Shown here in pieces: positions 12,577 to 37,895 of a stretch of DNA of 64,000 bases (positions within the stretch are counted from its first letter, which is position 1; each line of letters begins with the position of its first letter). The notes under the pieces were generated by a model. That model had not been told where the DNA came from, searched no databases, and saw only the letters and a list, made by a program, of their open reading frames with translations. This DNA comes from Blastocystis sp. Blastoise (taxonomy: Eukaryota; Protista; Bigyra: Opalinata): contig JBBPEB010000006.1 in assembly GCA_039096225.1 (NCBI GenBank), positions 744,001-808,000 of the forward strand, in the 5' to 3' direction. Made by a program: the position numbers and the translations under genes.

Positions 12577-12648
12577 TCCGCGGTAGTATAGTGGCTAGTA
12601 TCTCCGCCTGTCACGCGGATGACCGGGGTTCAATTCCCCGCCACGGAG
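12577..12648 (+). tRNA. trnD: tRNA-Asp (GTC), copy 1, with a C5:A acceptor-stem mismatch
   Basis: TCCGCGGTAGTATAGTGGCTAGTATCTCCGCCTGTCACGCGGATGACCGGGGTTCAATTCCCCGCCACGGAG forms a cloverleaf with GTC anticodon and GTTCAATTC T-loop, followed by a T-run. Confidence 0.93.
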
Positions 12649-12975
12649 TTTCTTTTTTACTTTTTCGTTAAATAATATTTTTTATTTTATTATCTTTATG
12701 CATCAAGTATTCTTTATTTTATTTAAAATAGTAATATTTAAAAGTTTGAAAGTAATAAAAGTTATTAGTTGACTTATAAAAGCTAATTCTCTTCTTGACT
12801 TTCATAATTGGTTTTTATAGATATCTAGTTGATAATTTTTAATTCTATTTGTTCTGTTTGCTATATCACTTCTTTTGTTTAAAAACGGTTTGTAGAAACT
12901 GAAATTTATTGAAATATAAATAAAAAATTCATTGTCAAATTATTTGTCTAACATACAAAAAATCATTAAACGTGT

Positions 12976-13047
12976 TCCGTGGTAGTATAGTGGCTAGTAT
13001 CTCCGCCTGTCACGCGGATGACCGGGGTTCAATTCCCCGCCACGGAG
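12976..13047 (+). tRNA. trnD: tRNA-Asp (GTC), copy 2
   Basis: Identical to copy 1 except T at position 5, which gives a perfect acceptor stem (TCCGTGG/CCACGGA). Followed by TTTTT. Confidence 0.96.
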
Positions 13048-13919
13048 TATTCTTTTTGATATATATAATTATATTTTTTAAATAAGTGTTTTTTTAAGTT
13101 ATTACTTTATGTTAAAGAACTATTGACATGCAACATTTAGTGTATCCTTAAAAAAATGTGCTACTGTTAAATAAAATAGAATTAACTCTTTTTTTCATTC
13201 AAAGAATTGCTTAAAAGACACTCATAATATTTAAACACATATGAAATCAATATATTCATAATTTTCAATGATAATTGCTGATAAATATGTTGTGTTATTC
13301 AAATATTGTGTTTAAATTGTAAGATTTATTCTAATAAGAAATAAAATATCAAAGTAAAATTGACTTAGGCTAAAGGTATAGCTTCCATTTTAAAAGAACA
13401 ACTGATGTATTTCATAAAACTATTTGAAAAGTATTTTTATCACTCTAAAAAAATTAAAATTAAATCATCGGATACATATAAGTAAAACAGTATGAATTTA
13501 TATCACTTTAGTTTCAACTCTATTTCGATACAGTTGTAATTAATATTAATACGCGGATTCTGTTTATATCTAGACTTCGTAATACATTTGAAAATGTCTT
13601 CTCTGCATAATAAAACATCATAAATCATATTTTAATGATCAATTGTTCATAAAAACAAATTTGTTAGTAAAATGCAAAAAATGGAAAACACAATAGAATT
13701 CAGAGAACTTCAGGAAATAATCGTGTTTTTTTTAAGATTTATATTCAAAAAAACATTAAGAGCGAAATTTTTTCCTGCTAGATAAAATTTAAAAGCATCA
13801 ATTTTATCATTATAAAGGTATATAAATAGATGATATATAAAAATCTGATAATAAATGAGATCGTTCTATATGAAAATTTATTTTTTTTGTATAATTTAAG
13901 TATGCATTTTCTATAGATA

Positions 13920-25306
<11,387 letters not shown>

Positions 25307-26600
25307 AATCTTGTCTTTATATCTATATCTATTTATGAATACCAATTATAATAACTTTAAAATAATTATTTTTATTATTTTTATTATTTTTTTTTTATAA
25401 ATATAAATTATCTTATATATTATCTCTTATGCTTTTTTTCAATTAATAATAAATTATTATTTTTTTCTTCTTTTACATTTTTTTTTTGCTTTTATATTTG
25501 TTATTATACATAACATTTATTCTTTTCTATCATTTGTGTGTTCAGGATTATATATAAACCTATTATATATAATTATACATCACTTTCTTTATGAATAATT
25601 AACTTTTTTATCTACTACATATATATATATATACTGGTATATAGTTTCTTTATTATTTTTCTATTTTAATTTTTTTTTAAATATTAATGATTAGAAATTA
25701 GTTTTTTCATATACATGTATTATTATCTCTTCTTGTTTATTAATAATTTTCTTCCTATCACTTGATAGCTTCATTGATTTTATGTTTTTCATTTTTAAAA
25801 AATAAGTATACATATATTCTTATTTGAGTATATACATTATAAACTTGTCTTTTAAAACACATTATTATATTTTGTTTTGTTAAAAAGAAATTAACTTATA
25901 TGTGATATAAGAACATTGTGAATACACTAGACATGACAATAAGCACTATGATGATACAAAACATATACTTATTAAAATGATCAGCTAAAACTTCAAATTC
26001 AAATAATTTATAATGAGTATTATTAAATCTCTCTTATTAAATAATTCTTTGTTAATCTAGAAGAAGCTGAAAGAATTATCATTCTGATTCAAACTTATGT
26101 CGTTATTTACAAAAACAGTATTTATACTTAATACAATTAATTTTCAATAACAATAATTCATAATAATTTACAAAAGCATCTACTTTAGATAAATACAATA
26201 AAAATGAAGAGAAGCAAAAGGAAAACAATTCATAATTAATAATACAGTCATCTTTTCTTTTTTAAACATGAACTATCATGTTGTTTAGATTGTGGTTAAT
26301 ATACTTATAAATAATAGAATAATATAAATTTAAGAATAATGGAAGAAATAAGATAATAAACAAATTTAAATAAATATAAGAAAAATCATGAATATTTTCA
26401 TGATTATCGTATTCTTTTAAAAGCAAAATATATTTATGAATATTTATTGGTTTCTCACTGATTTACGAAAATTTCCTTGTTAGAAAAGTCTTAAAAAAAG
26501 AAATAAAAAGAGATAATTAATTTAATTATTGCTTAGTGTTCACTGAATTAATTCAGCTATTATATATTTGTATTAGGTTTACAAGGATACTACTTAAATA

Positions 26601-27524
26601 AGTATGAAGTCTAATTTTGTTATAAATAATAATTTTTACAAATTATTGTTATCTCTTTATATAAATATAAAAATAGGGTATTATAAATATAATGAAGAAT
26701 TCTATCTATGATGAATCATTTTTATAGTGACTTTAATAACTGATTCGGATTATTCAGATGATGATGAAGATGAATGTCCTCTTTGTTTTGAGAAAATGGA
26801 TGCTACAGATAAGGCATTCTACCCATGCAAATGTGGATTTCAAGTATTTTGTAATTCTTTTTTTAAATAATTCATATATATGTTTTATTGCTTAATTAGT
26901 TATATATAATGTTGTTGAAATAAAATTTAATTATATATATATATATTTCAATAATTTTTTAGATTTGTTTATGGTGTTTTCGTAAGTTATCTGAAGGAAA
27001 AGCAGTTTGCCCTCAATGTCGTAATCCTTATAGTGAAGAAAATTACGTATATAAAAAAGAAGAAGTGTATATTTATATTATATATTTATTATTATGTTGA
27101 TTTTATTTATTATGTTTATTATGTTTATAATAATAATAATATTTTTTTTTAGAAATAATGATAAAGAATATGAAAATAAAAAATCAAATATGAAAAAAAC
27201 AAATTCTTCAAAACAAGTATATTTTTGTTTATTCTATATATAGATCATTTAATTGTATTATATTTATTTTATATTCTATATTCTATATTTTATATACTAT
27301 GTAAATTTTATATAAAAATCTATATATATATATAGCCCTTAAAAAATCTTCAGAATGTTCGAGTTGTTCAACGAAATTTAGTATATATAATTGGAATAGT
27401 ACCTGAATTAGCTTCTGAAACTATTTTAAGATCATCTGAATATTTTGGTCAATATGGTAAATTAATTAAAATCGTCGTCAATCGTACTCATAATATGACA
27501 GATAAAGGATCTACATGCTCTGCG

Positions 27525-27558
<34 letters not shown>

Positions 27559-27967
27559 TTAAAATTAAAAAAAAAAAATTATTTAATTATAAAATTAATT
27601 AATAAATTAATTTATTTAATTATTAAAATATATCTTATTCAATAAAAATAAATTTTTAAATTATTATAAATAAATATCTATATAGATATATAACATTTGA
27701 TCGTGATGATGACGCTCTTAATTGTATTCTTGCTATTGATGGCTATTATTTAAAAGGAAATATGCTTAGGTATATATATATATATATATTAGTGATTATG
27801 AATATATCTTTCTATATGTATATATATGTATATTAGTGATTATAAATATATCATTCTATATATATATATATATATATAGAGCTAGTTTTGGTACAACAAA
27901 GTATTGTAATTATTTCTTACGTGGACAATCGTGTACAAATAGTGATTGCTTATATTTACATTCTATT

Positions 27968-28043
<76 letters not shown>

Positions 28044-29996
28044 TTATTATTAACGTTATTATTATTATTACACTTAATAATAATAATTATTTATGTTTAT
28101 TATTCATATATACTGATTATTGTTGGTATATACTTATTACAATTATTTTTATTACTATTATTATTATTATATATAATTAATATAGGAAAAGAAGAAGATA
28201 GTTTTGTAAAAGAAGAAATGTCGTTAAAACAGGGGGATTTTTATCGAATTACCCATCCAGGTTTAGGACCACGTGAACCTTGGGAATACAAAGGGAACAC
28301 AATCCTTCCTCCTCCACCAAGTAAACTTAAAGTATTTTAATTTATTTTATATATATATATATATATATATTATAGGAGATAGAAGAGAATAATAATCGAA
28401 ATAATGAAGTATATCTATTAATATATATAATAATATGATATTTATATATATATAGAATGAGTCAATTTCAAGTAATAATCAACTAAAAAAAGAAAATTGT
28501 AAGTAATATATATATATAAGCTATATAAATGATATATATATATATATAAGCTATATAAATGATATATATATATATATAGCTTATATACGTCATTCATCTA
28601 TGCATTCATCTACTACTGCTACTACTAATAATGCTACTACTACTAATAATAATACTACTACTACTATTACTCCTTCTGTTCCTGCTACTTCACCTACTAC
28701 TCCTTCTGTTACTAGTATATCTACACCAAAATCTATTCATTCTTATGCTTCTTTATTAAAACAATCACCAATACTTTCATCTTCATCAAAACAAGAGAAT
28801 AACCGTGGGGAAAACAAAACAAATTCAATTGAAGATCATTTCCCACCCCTTCCATCTCTTGTTCATACATCTTCTATTAATAATAATAAAGATAATAAAG
28901 ATAATAAAGATAATAAAGATAATAAAGATATTAAAGATATTAAAGATATTAAAGATATTAAAGATAATAAAGATATTAAAGATATTAAAGATATTAAAGA
29001 TATTAAAGATAATAAAGATAATAATAGTTTAGAATCTACTGTACTTAACTCTAAGACACCTATAATAAATCATAAATCAGAAAAAGTATCTTCTTCTTCT
29101 TCTTCTACTACTACTACTACTACTACTATTAATAATAGTACTGAGCAAAATAATATATCTAAAGAAAAGGATTTAGATATTTCAATTAATAATACGAATT
29201 CTGTTTCTTCTGTTCCTATTCATAAAACACCTTTAATAACTCCTGTTACTAATAATAGTAATACTAATACTACTAATAATAATACTACTAATAATAATAA
29301 TAAATCAAAAACAATTGTAAATACTCCTAATACTATACCTATTACTCCTAATACTATACCTATTACTCCTAATACTATACCTATTAATCCTATAGTATCT
29401 CCTACTACTACTACTATTATTCATTCTAGACAATCTATTGAACCTATGATAAAACGATCTATTCCACCTCCACCTGGTTTATTCCCTCATTCCCGCGGGA
29501 ATATGTCTCCTACTCCTGATCTTGCTGCTCCTCCTGGTTTATCACCTCATCCTCTTTCTTTACTACAACGTACAAATAGTAATTCTATGAAGAAGAACAA
29601 TAATACTAATAATACTACTATTAATAATAATAATATAAATAGTCCTATTGTATCCAATATATCTACTCCTTCTAATTCTACTATATCATCACCCTTAGTA
29701 AATTCTATAAACCAATCACAACAACCAATAAATGAAGAATATTCAGAAACTAATCCTATTTTCAATAGTATTACTTCTTCTATTAATATTATAAATGATA
29801 CTGAAAAACAAGGAATTCCCATGGGAATGGGACCTATGTATGAAGATCATAATAAAGGACTTTATGGTTATATGAATGGATATAGAACAGAAAGAGGTAT
29901 ATATATATATATTTATATATAATATTTCTTATTTATATTAATATATATATAGATTATAATTATATGGATGATTCTTCAAAAGTATATAATAATAAA

Positions 29997-30045
<49 letters not shown>

Positions 30046-30091
30046 TGATGCCTCAAAACTCATATCCGAATGCATCTAGTATATAATTAAT

Positions 30092-30131
<40 letters not shown>

Positions 30132-30767
30132 TTCTATAGGAACTACTTTACCGCCATTCCCTGGTAGTTACCCTCCAAATATTTCATCTCCACCAAATCT
30201 TCCTAATTCCCAAGGGAATATGATGTCTATGGGACCATTACCTCCTTTTCCTTATCCTGGTGAATATCCTCATCGTGGAAATGGAATTCCTCCTCCAGGA
30301 ATGCCCGTAAAACCGATGGGATTTAATGAGATGTATATATATATATATATTTATTATTATTATTATTATATATTATATATTATATATTATATATTATATA
30401 TTATTATATTTATTTTTATTATTATTATTAGGTGGACTGAGGCTTATAAATCATTTATACAATCTACAAGTCATGGTATATATAACATATATATATATAT
30501 ATATCTTATATATAGATATGTCTTTGGATCCAAGTATTCTCTCTACAGGTACATACTCAGTTATTCCTATGAATAATAATCATGAAAATATACAAAATAA
30601 TATGGCTAAGAATGCAAATAATCATGGGAATATGATGAATACAATTACTATTAATAATAAAGTTTATCAACAAAAAGAAGATGATTTAGATATAGAAGCT
30701 TTATTAATTGAAGTTATTCGTGAAGAAAAGAAAAATCAAAAGAAAACACCCTCTTCTAAAACAACTT

Positions 30768-30812
<45 letters not shown>

Positions 30813-30866
30813 TGTATATAGTACCATCGAAACCATTATGTGCTGATGACTTTGAAAAACAATTTG

Positions 30867-30908
<42 letters not shown>

Positions 30909-31005
30909 TAATAATAATAATAATAATAATAATATATAGGTTGATGAGAAAGGAGATGATGATGAAAAAGATTCAAATAAAAAGAGGTATTTATATAATA
31001 ATACT

Positions 31006-31041
<36 letters not shown>

Positions 31042-31088
31042 GAAGAATGAAGAGAAGAAGAGCTGCTTTTGGTAATATACATCATTAA
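26601..31088 (+). CDS. NOT4: CCR4-NOT subunit 4 (RING E3 ligase, RRM, C3H1 zinc finger), many introns
   Basis: Motifs ECPLCFEKMDATDKAFYPCKCGFQ|ICLWCF...CPQCRNPY; LQNVRVVQRNLVYIIG...SSEYFGQYGKLIKIVVN; RASFGTTKYCNYFLRGQSCTNSDCLYLH. Low-complexity C-terminus ending KRRRAAFGNIHH-TAA at 31086-31088. The start is inferred (see findings). Confidence 0.93.
28888..29022 (+). repeat. Coding 9-bp tandem repeat (AAAGATAAT/AAAGATATT), giving KDN/KDI x ~15 in NOT4
   Basis: Seen directly: KDNKDNKDNKDNKDIKDIKDIKDIKDNKDI... in ORF 28600. Confidence 0.9.
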
Positions 31089-31857
31089 TTAATTAATTTA
31101 TTTATTTATATATTTATTTATTAAATGGAGTGGCGCCATTATATATATATATAATGCAGTGGCCCCATATTTTAAACTCTATATATATATATATTTTTGT
31201 TTTCTTATAAATATATTTTATATTTGTTTTTTTTTTAAATTTCTATATTTCTTATTTTTTAAATTTTATTTCTTTAGCTTTAATTCTTAGTACACATTTT
31301 TTTGTTCTATTTTGGTTTTGTTTCAATATTGAATTGCATAGTTTGCTTTTAACATTTTTTGATGTTGTGAGTTTTCTCATGATATATATATGTATTAAAA
31401 TTAATTGACAAGTTATAAAACTTCTCAAGAAAACATTTTTTTTAAATGATTCTTTAGTAATTCAAAATTTTGTCATTTCCATATCTCATTTAAAAATTTT
31501 CATCATATAGAATTTATAAAAATCATAGTCTTACCTGCTTACTTACATCTATTTATAAATATTAGAAAAATAAACAATGGATAAAACAAATATTTCCTCA
31601 AAAAAAAGAATGAATTATGAATGCGCTCAAGAAAATCATATCACTAATGATAACAATTCATGAATCATCAAATAAGAATCCTAACTATAAAATCTTGATA
31701 TATAAAAATATAAAAATATAAAAAAAGATTGCATTCAAAAAAAAACATTTATAATCATGGGAAATTGAGTCTACTCAAAATGATGTTTTCAAACAATAAA
31801 TTTTCTTTTGTCTAATTTTAAAATAATTGCGTGATTCCATAGCTATCGATAAACAGA

Positions 31858-34800
31858 ATGCGGTTGCTATCTTACATATTACTTCTGTTTTTTGTTTATG
31901 AAGGTAAAATATTATTATTCCATGATGATAACATGTTTTATATAGTGTATATGTTAGATCTAGCAAATTCATATCTTGTGAATATAACGGTGGCCCGATA
32001 CTATCAGAAACAATCATGCCTTGAATCGTTGATGATTTTCAAAGTTGATGAGAACAATAAAGTTATTGTTTTTAACGATAATGATAGTACACAAGATTCT
32101 TCAACAAAATCCTATTCACTCTTCTCCAATCCAAGCTTATATATGATAGTAGCTACTAATGAGTATTTTAATAGTTATTTTTTTGATGATAATTTTGTTT
32201 TACTTATATTTTATTTTATAGACTTGATACTGGTTGGTCGACAGGATCTTATTTTGAAATCTATATTAATGATAAAATTCATTTCAAAGATCGATTAGAT
32301 AAAGGTCGTCGAAAAACGTGGACCATTAATGGTATTATTTAATATATTTATATAAATAAATGTTTATTTTATACTATATATATATATATAGTTGCTTATT
32401 CTATTCCTTTGATATCTACATGGAAATATTCAATACAATTACAATGGGAAAATAATTGGAAATATTTTACATATAATGATAAAAATTGGAGTAATTATTC
32501 AATTTCTTCTTTTCCTTCTCAACAATTAGTTACACGGTATTATCGTATAAAGAGCTCATTTATTGGAAATATTCATGATTATCCTAGTTTTGAAATAGGT
32601 TTTTATTCAAAAGAAGGATTTATTATATATATAAATGGAATAGAAATAATTCGTCGATATTTGTCTACAACTACTATTTCTCCTACTACTTATGCTTATT
32701 ATGAAGAACCACATTATACATGGAAATATATTACTTTACCTTCTTATCTTTATATGCATAATAATACTGAGAATAATAAACATATGAATCATAATAAATA
32801 TAATTATATGAATAATAATTCTAAAGATAATAATAATAATACAAATAAATATTCTACTAGTTCTTCTATAAATATATTTGAATATGTAATTGCTATAGAA
32901 ATACATCCTTTTTCGAGTCATATTCAATGTGTTGATGAATTTCAATTTTATTTATTACCATTATATAATTCTAGAATACCATTATATATACCAAATGCTT
33001 CATCTATTAAAGCTTTAGAAAAAGGAAAAGTAATAGAAGAAAATATGATTAATTTATTAGATAATCAACAAGATACTTATTCTATATTTAATAGAATTCC
33101 TCAAACATTATATTTTTCATTTCCAACGAATTGCCATTGTTTAATAAATGAAATAGAAATTATTACTGGTTATTTTGAAGATACTGTACCTCCTAAAACT
33201 ATAAGTATATATGGTTCTAATGAAGCTATAGAATGGGAATTTATACATATATTTGATTTACCAAATTTTGAAAGAAAAATAGATAAATTTACTATTAGTT
33301 TATCTTCAAATAGATTTGCATATCAATATATAAGATTAATATTAGAAGAAAGTTCTTCTACAACAATTACTGATACAAATATAGTTGAAATAAAAATGTA
33401 TTCTATGGATTTACCTATATATAATGAATTTTCATATACTTCTTCTCATATTTATGGACGTATATCTGAATATTTATTTGTATCTCCTATTTCCTCTGGT
33501 TATTCTGAATTTGTATATATGGGTACATTACCTAGTGGAATAAAATTTAATACAAAAACAGGTGTATTTGAAGGAAAAACAGAATATACACAAGATTCTA
33601 TATTATATATAACTACAGAATCTATTAATGGTACATTAGAAATGATTACAATTATTTTAACTATATTTCATTGTACAAATATTAATTTATTTTTTATATA
33701 TACAACAATAAATAATAAGAATAATGATTATTTAAATGATGGATATATATTATATAATAATAATGAGAATGAAGTAATAGAATCATTTCATGCTATTGAT
33801 ACTTCATCTTCTATAAAAACATTTTGTATTCCTGAAGGTACATATACATTTCTTTATTATACTACTTATAATATAAATGAACATAAAAGTAATTTTATTG
33901 AATTTGCTTATTCTTATGAATCTATTGCATATGATTATTTCTCTATATCTATTGATGATAATCCATATTATATGAAGAATAATACTATTACTAATCATAA
34001 TTATTATCCTTATGAATTATATACTTCTGTACCTATAGAGATAAAACAAGTTACTTCAAAACATGAAGAATATATATATAGTTGTTTTGGTTGTATTCTT
34101 GAAGATCGAAATTGGGTACATTCAGATTATCAAGAAGATATGACACTTTGGATATCCTATTTAGATATTATTAAAAAGAATAATCATAATAATAATAGTA
34201 ATTTTAATTCTTCTTCTAATAAAAATAATAATCAATTTAATAATAATCAATTTAATAATAATAAAATTATAAATGAAAATAGATCATGTATTCCTGTTGA
34301 TTATTCTATTACTCTTCAACATAATATTATATTATTTCCTTCTTCTGCATTTACAAATTCATTTGGTTCTTATACTACTTCACAACCTATACAATATTAT
34401 AGATATAGAGTATATATAGATTCTATATTAAATTTTAGTAGTATAATTATACGTATATTTGCATTAGATGCATTTAATATAATTATTAATGATATGAGTG
34501 TATATAATAGTAGTATAGAAGATGATGTTATTACTTCGAATACTAAACCTTATTATTCTTCTACTCGATATACATATAGATCTATAACTTTATCTCCTCA
34601 ATATTTAAAACAAGGTATAAATACTATTTGTTTTGCACAATTATATTATGATCCTTTTAATCCACCTTCTTTTTCTTCTTCAAAACTTGATAAAGTTATA
34701 TATACAATTGATACTCAATTATCTATTCAATTCTGTACTACTTCATATATAGATCCTTTATATAAATCATTAAAAATAGCTATAAATAATGGTAATTTTA

Positions 34801-37800
34801 ATTCAGATAGTGTTTTAATTGATAATAGAAGAGATACGAGATGGATATATACATATAAAAATGAATTTGAAAATATAACTACATTATATTTTTATTATAA
34901 TAATTATAGTATATCTTATATAAATTCATTATGTATCTATTCTTCTTATGATAGTATTCAATATGATATACGTCATTTTCAATTTTATGCTATTCGTAGT
35001 GATGATTCGAGTTTATTATTAATAGAAGAAAAAAATTTATATTGGGAAAATAGATCACAAAAAAAATGTTTTCTTACGATATCTCATTTATGTAGTTATA
35101 ATCAATATAAATTAATTATATATCGAAGAAATGATAATTATAATTATTATCAATATCAAATTTCAATATCTTTAGTGAAGTTTTATGCTCATTTATTATC
35201 CGAAATTATAGATATTAATAATAATATTAATAATAATAAAGATTATCAAAATGAAATGAATAAAAGTAATAATACTATAAATGTAAATAATAATAAAATT
35301 ATTAATACTATAAATAATAATAAATATAATAATTATAAAATTATTAATAATAAATATAATAATAATACTATAAATAATAATAATGAATATAATAATAAAT
35401 ATACTAATAAGATTACAAATACTAATGATACAAAGAATTTATATCCATTTATTTATCCATTAACTTCATTAACAATATATTTATATACTACTATAACACC
35501 AATAAAAGGTCCTCTTGGATATACACATTATTCTATATCAAGAGGTATATTACCTGAAGGTATATATATAGATACAAGTGATGGTACTTTATATGGTACC
35601 CCTTCTTCTTATTATGTTCAAGATACTATTACTATACAAGCATTTGATTATTATAATAATTTATATAGTTGTTATCTAACTATTATTGTTATTTTATGTC
35701 AATCTCCTTATTCTATTATTACAATAACAATAAATACATTAGTCAATAAAGATAAGTATGATATTAATATTAATCCTATTGTAAAGAATAATAATACATC
35801 TTTTTCATTTTATTCAGATGAGAAAAATGATAAAGAAGAATATGAAAATCAAACAATTTATAATTATAAAAGTTATAGTTTATATAATTCTAAAAATGAA
35901 GTTATTCTTAATAAAATAATATTATTAGAAAATTCAATATATTCCAATAGTTATTGTATACCTGATGATAAATATAATTTATATTTATATGATTCTAAAC
36001 ATGAAGGATGGAATTTAGATTATTTATCTATATCAATTAATAATGATTATATATCACAAGAATATTTTACTAAAACAGATGTATATCCAACTATATATGA
36101 TTTATATATAACTCATACTATTACTGCTGATGATATTCAATGGACATATATTAATAATGAAAAACAAATACCTCCATTTAATTGGATGAATTCTTTAGAA
36201 AATAAATCTGATTGGCTAGTTAATTATCCGGCTTATTTTGGTTATTCTAATGGTATTACTCAATATTTTATAACTTCTGTAAATATAGATAATTTATCTT
36301 CAATATCTTGTTTATCTTTAATAATAAAATATAAAACATGTTTTATATTATATATTAATGGTAAAAAAGTAGATGAAATTAATTTACCAAATATTAATAT
36401 AACTTCTTCTACTTTTTGTTTAAATTCATATGATTCTATTCAAACTGCATCTTTTTATATACATAGTCAATTTAGTAATATACATTTAAATGAAGGAAAT
36501 AATTATATAGCTATTGAATTACATCAATATTCACCATTATCTTCTATTATTTATTTACAAGTATTACCAAAACAATTAAATTCTTATACATTATTAAATT
36601 CTATTGGTTCTGTTACTGATAGTGAATATACATCTTCTGATTCTAATGTATCAACATTATTTGATATAACATCTTTTGAATTATGGCATGGAACACAATG
36701 TGAGGGATCTTCTGTTACTTTTACATTTTATAATAATATACCTCAATTTATTACTTCTATTGGTATAATTAATGGAATGATATGTAATGAATTAACTCCT
36801 TCTTCGTGGAAATTAGAAGGTTCGAATAATAATGGTAAAACATTCTTTACTATTTTTATTGCTTATAATATTACTTATAATTTACCAAATAGTAATATAT
36901 TATCTTCATTTATTCCTTTTACTACTTTTTCTATGTATAAAATTACTTTTTTAGAATGTAATAATAAACCATTTTATTCACAATTAAATAATAATAATAA
37001 TAATAATAATTTTGTTAATGATAATAATAAATATAATAAAAATTCAATTCATTCTTCTTCTGCCTTATATTCTACTAATAATGATATTTCTTATAATTGT
37101 TCTAATTATAAAATACAAATATCAAAAATATTATTATATACATCTAGAATTACAGGTAAATATTGTAATAATACATTAGATAATTGGCCAATAGCTTTAG
37201 AAGGTACTTATTCATATAGATTATGTCCTAAATATTATACTGGATATATTCGACGTTATTGTGATAAGGGTATATTATTAAATGAAATAGAAAAGAAATG
37301 TACGTTACAAAAACCAATAGAATTTTATTATAATAAAGATACTATAGAAATAGAAGTAGATAAAGAAATAGATATATTATATCCATATGTTGATGCACTT
37401 AATGTTACTTATTCTGCTATTACTTCTTTACCGTTGGGTCTTCAAATAGACCCTCAAACTGGCTATATTTCAGGAACACCATTAAAAGGATCAATACAAC
37501 AAAAATATATAATTGAAGCATCCAATGAAATAGGTAAAGAAACAACTATATTATATATTACTATAAAAGGTATATCTACATTATATTATTGTTTACCTGA
37601 TTCTATATGGGAATTAACTGCTATTAATACACAAATAATAAAAGAATGTCCTGAAGGACAAATAGGAAATATGACTAGAACATGTTATCCACCTACAAGT
37701 GTTAATAAAGAAATAATATATTATGATAATAATAATAATAATAATAATGATAATAATGATAATAATGAGTATAATAATAATGAGTATAATAATAATGAGT

Positions 37801-37823
37801 ATAATAATATTGATAATGATAAT

Positions 37824-37895
<72 letters not shown>

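Noticed and set aside
25948-26086. Possible C/D-box snoRNA (ATGATGA...CTGA); a similar case lies near 10524
   Set aside because: I saw no terminal stem or recognisable rRNA guide, and such boxes arise by chance in AT-rich DNA.
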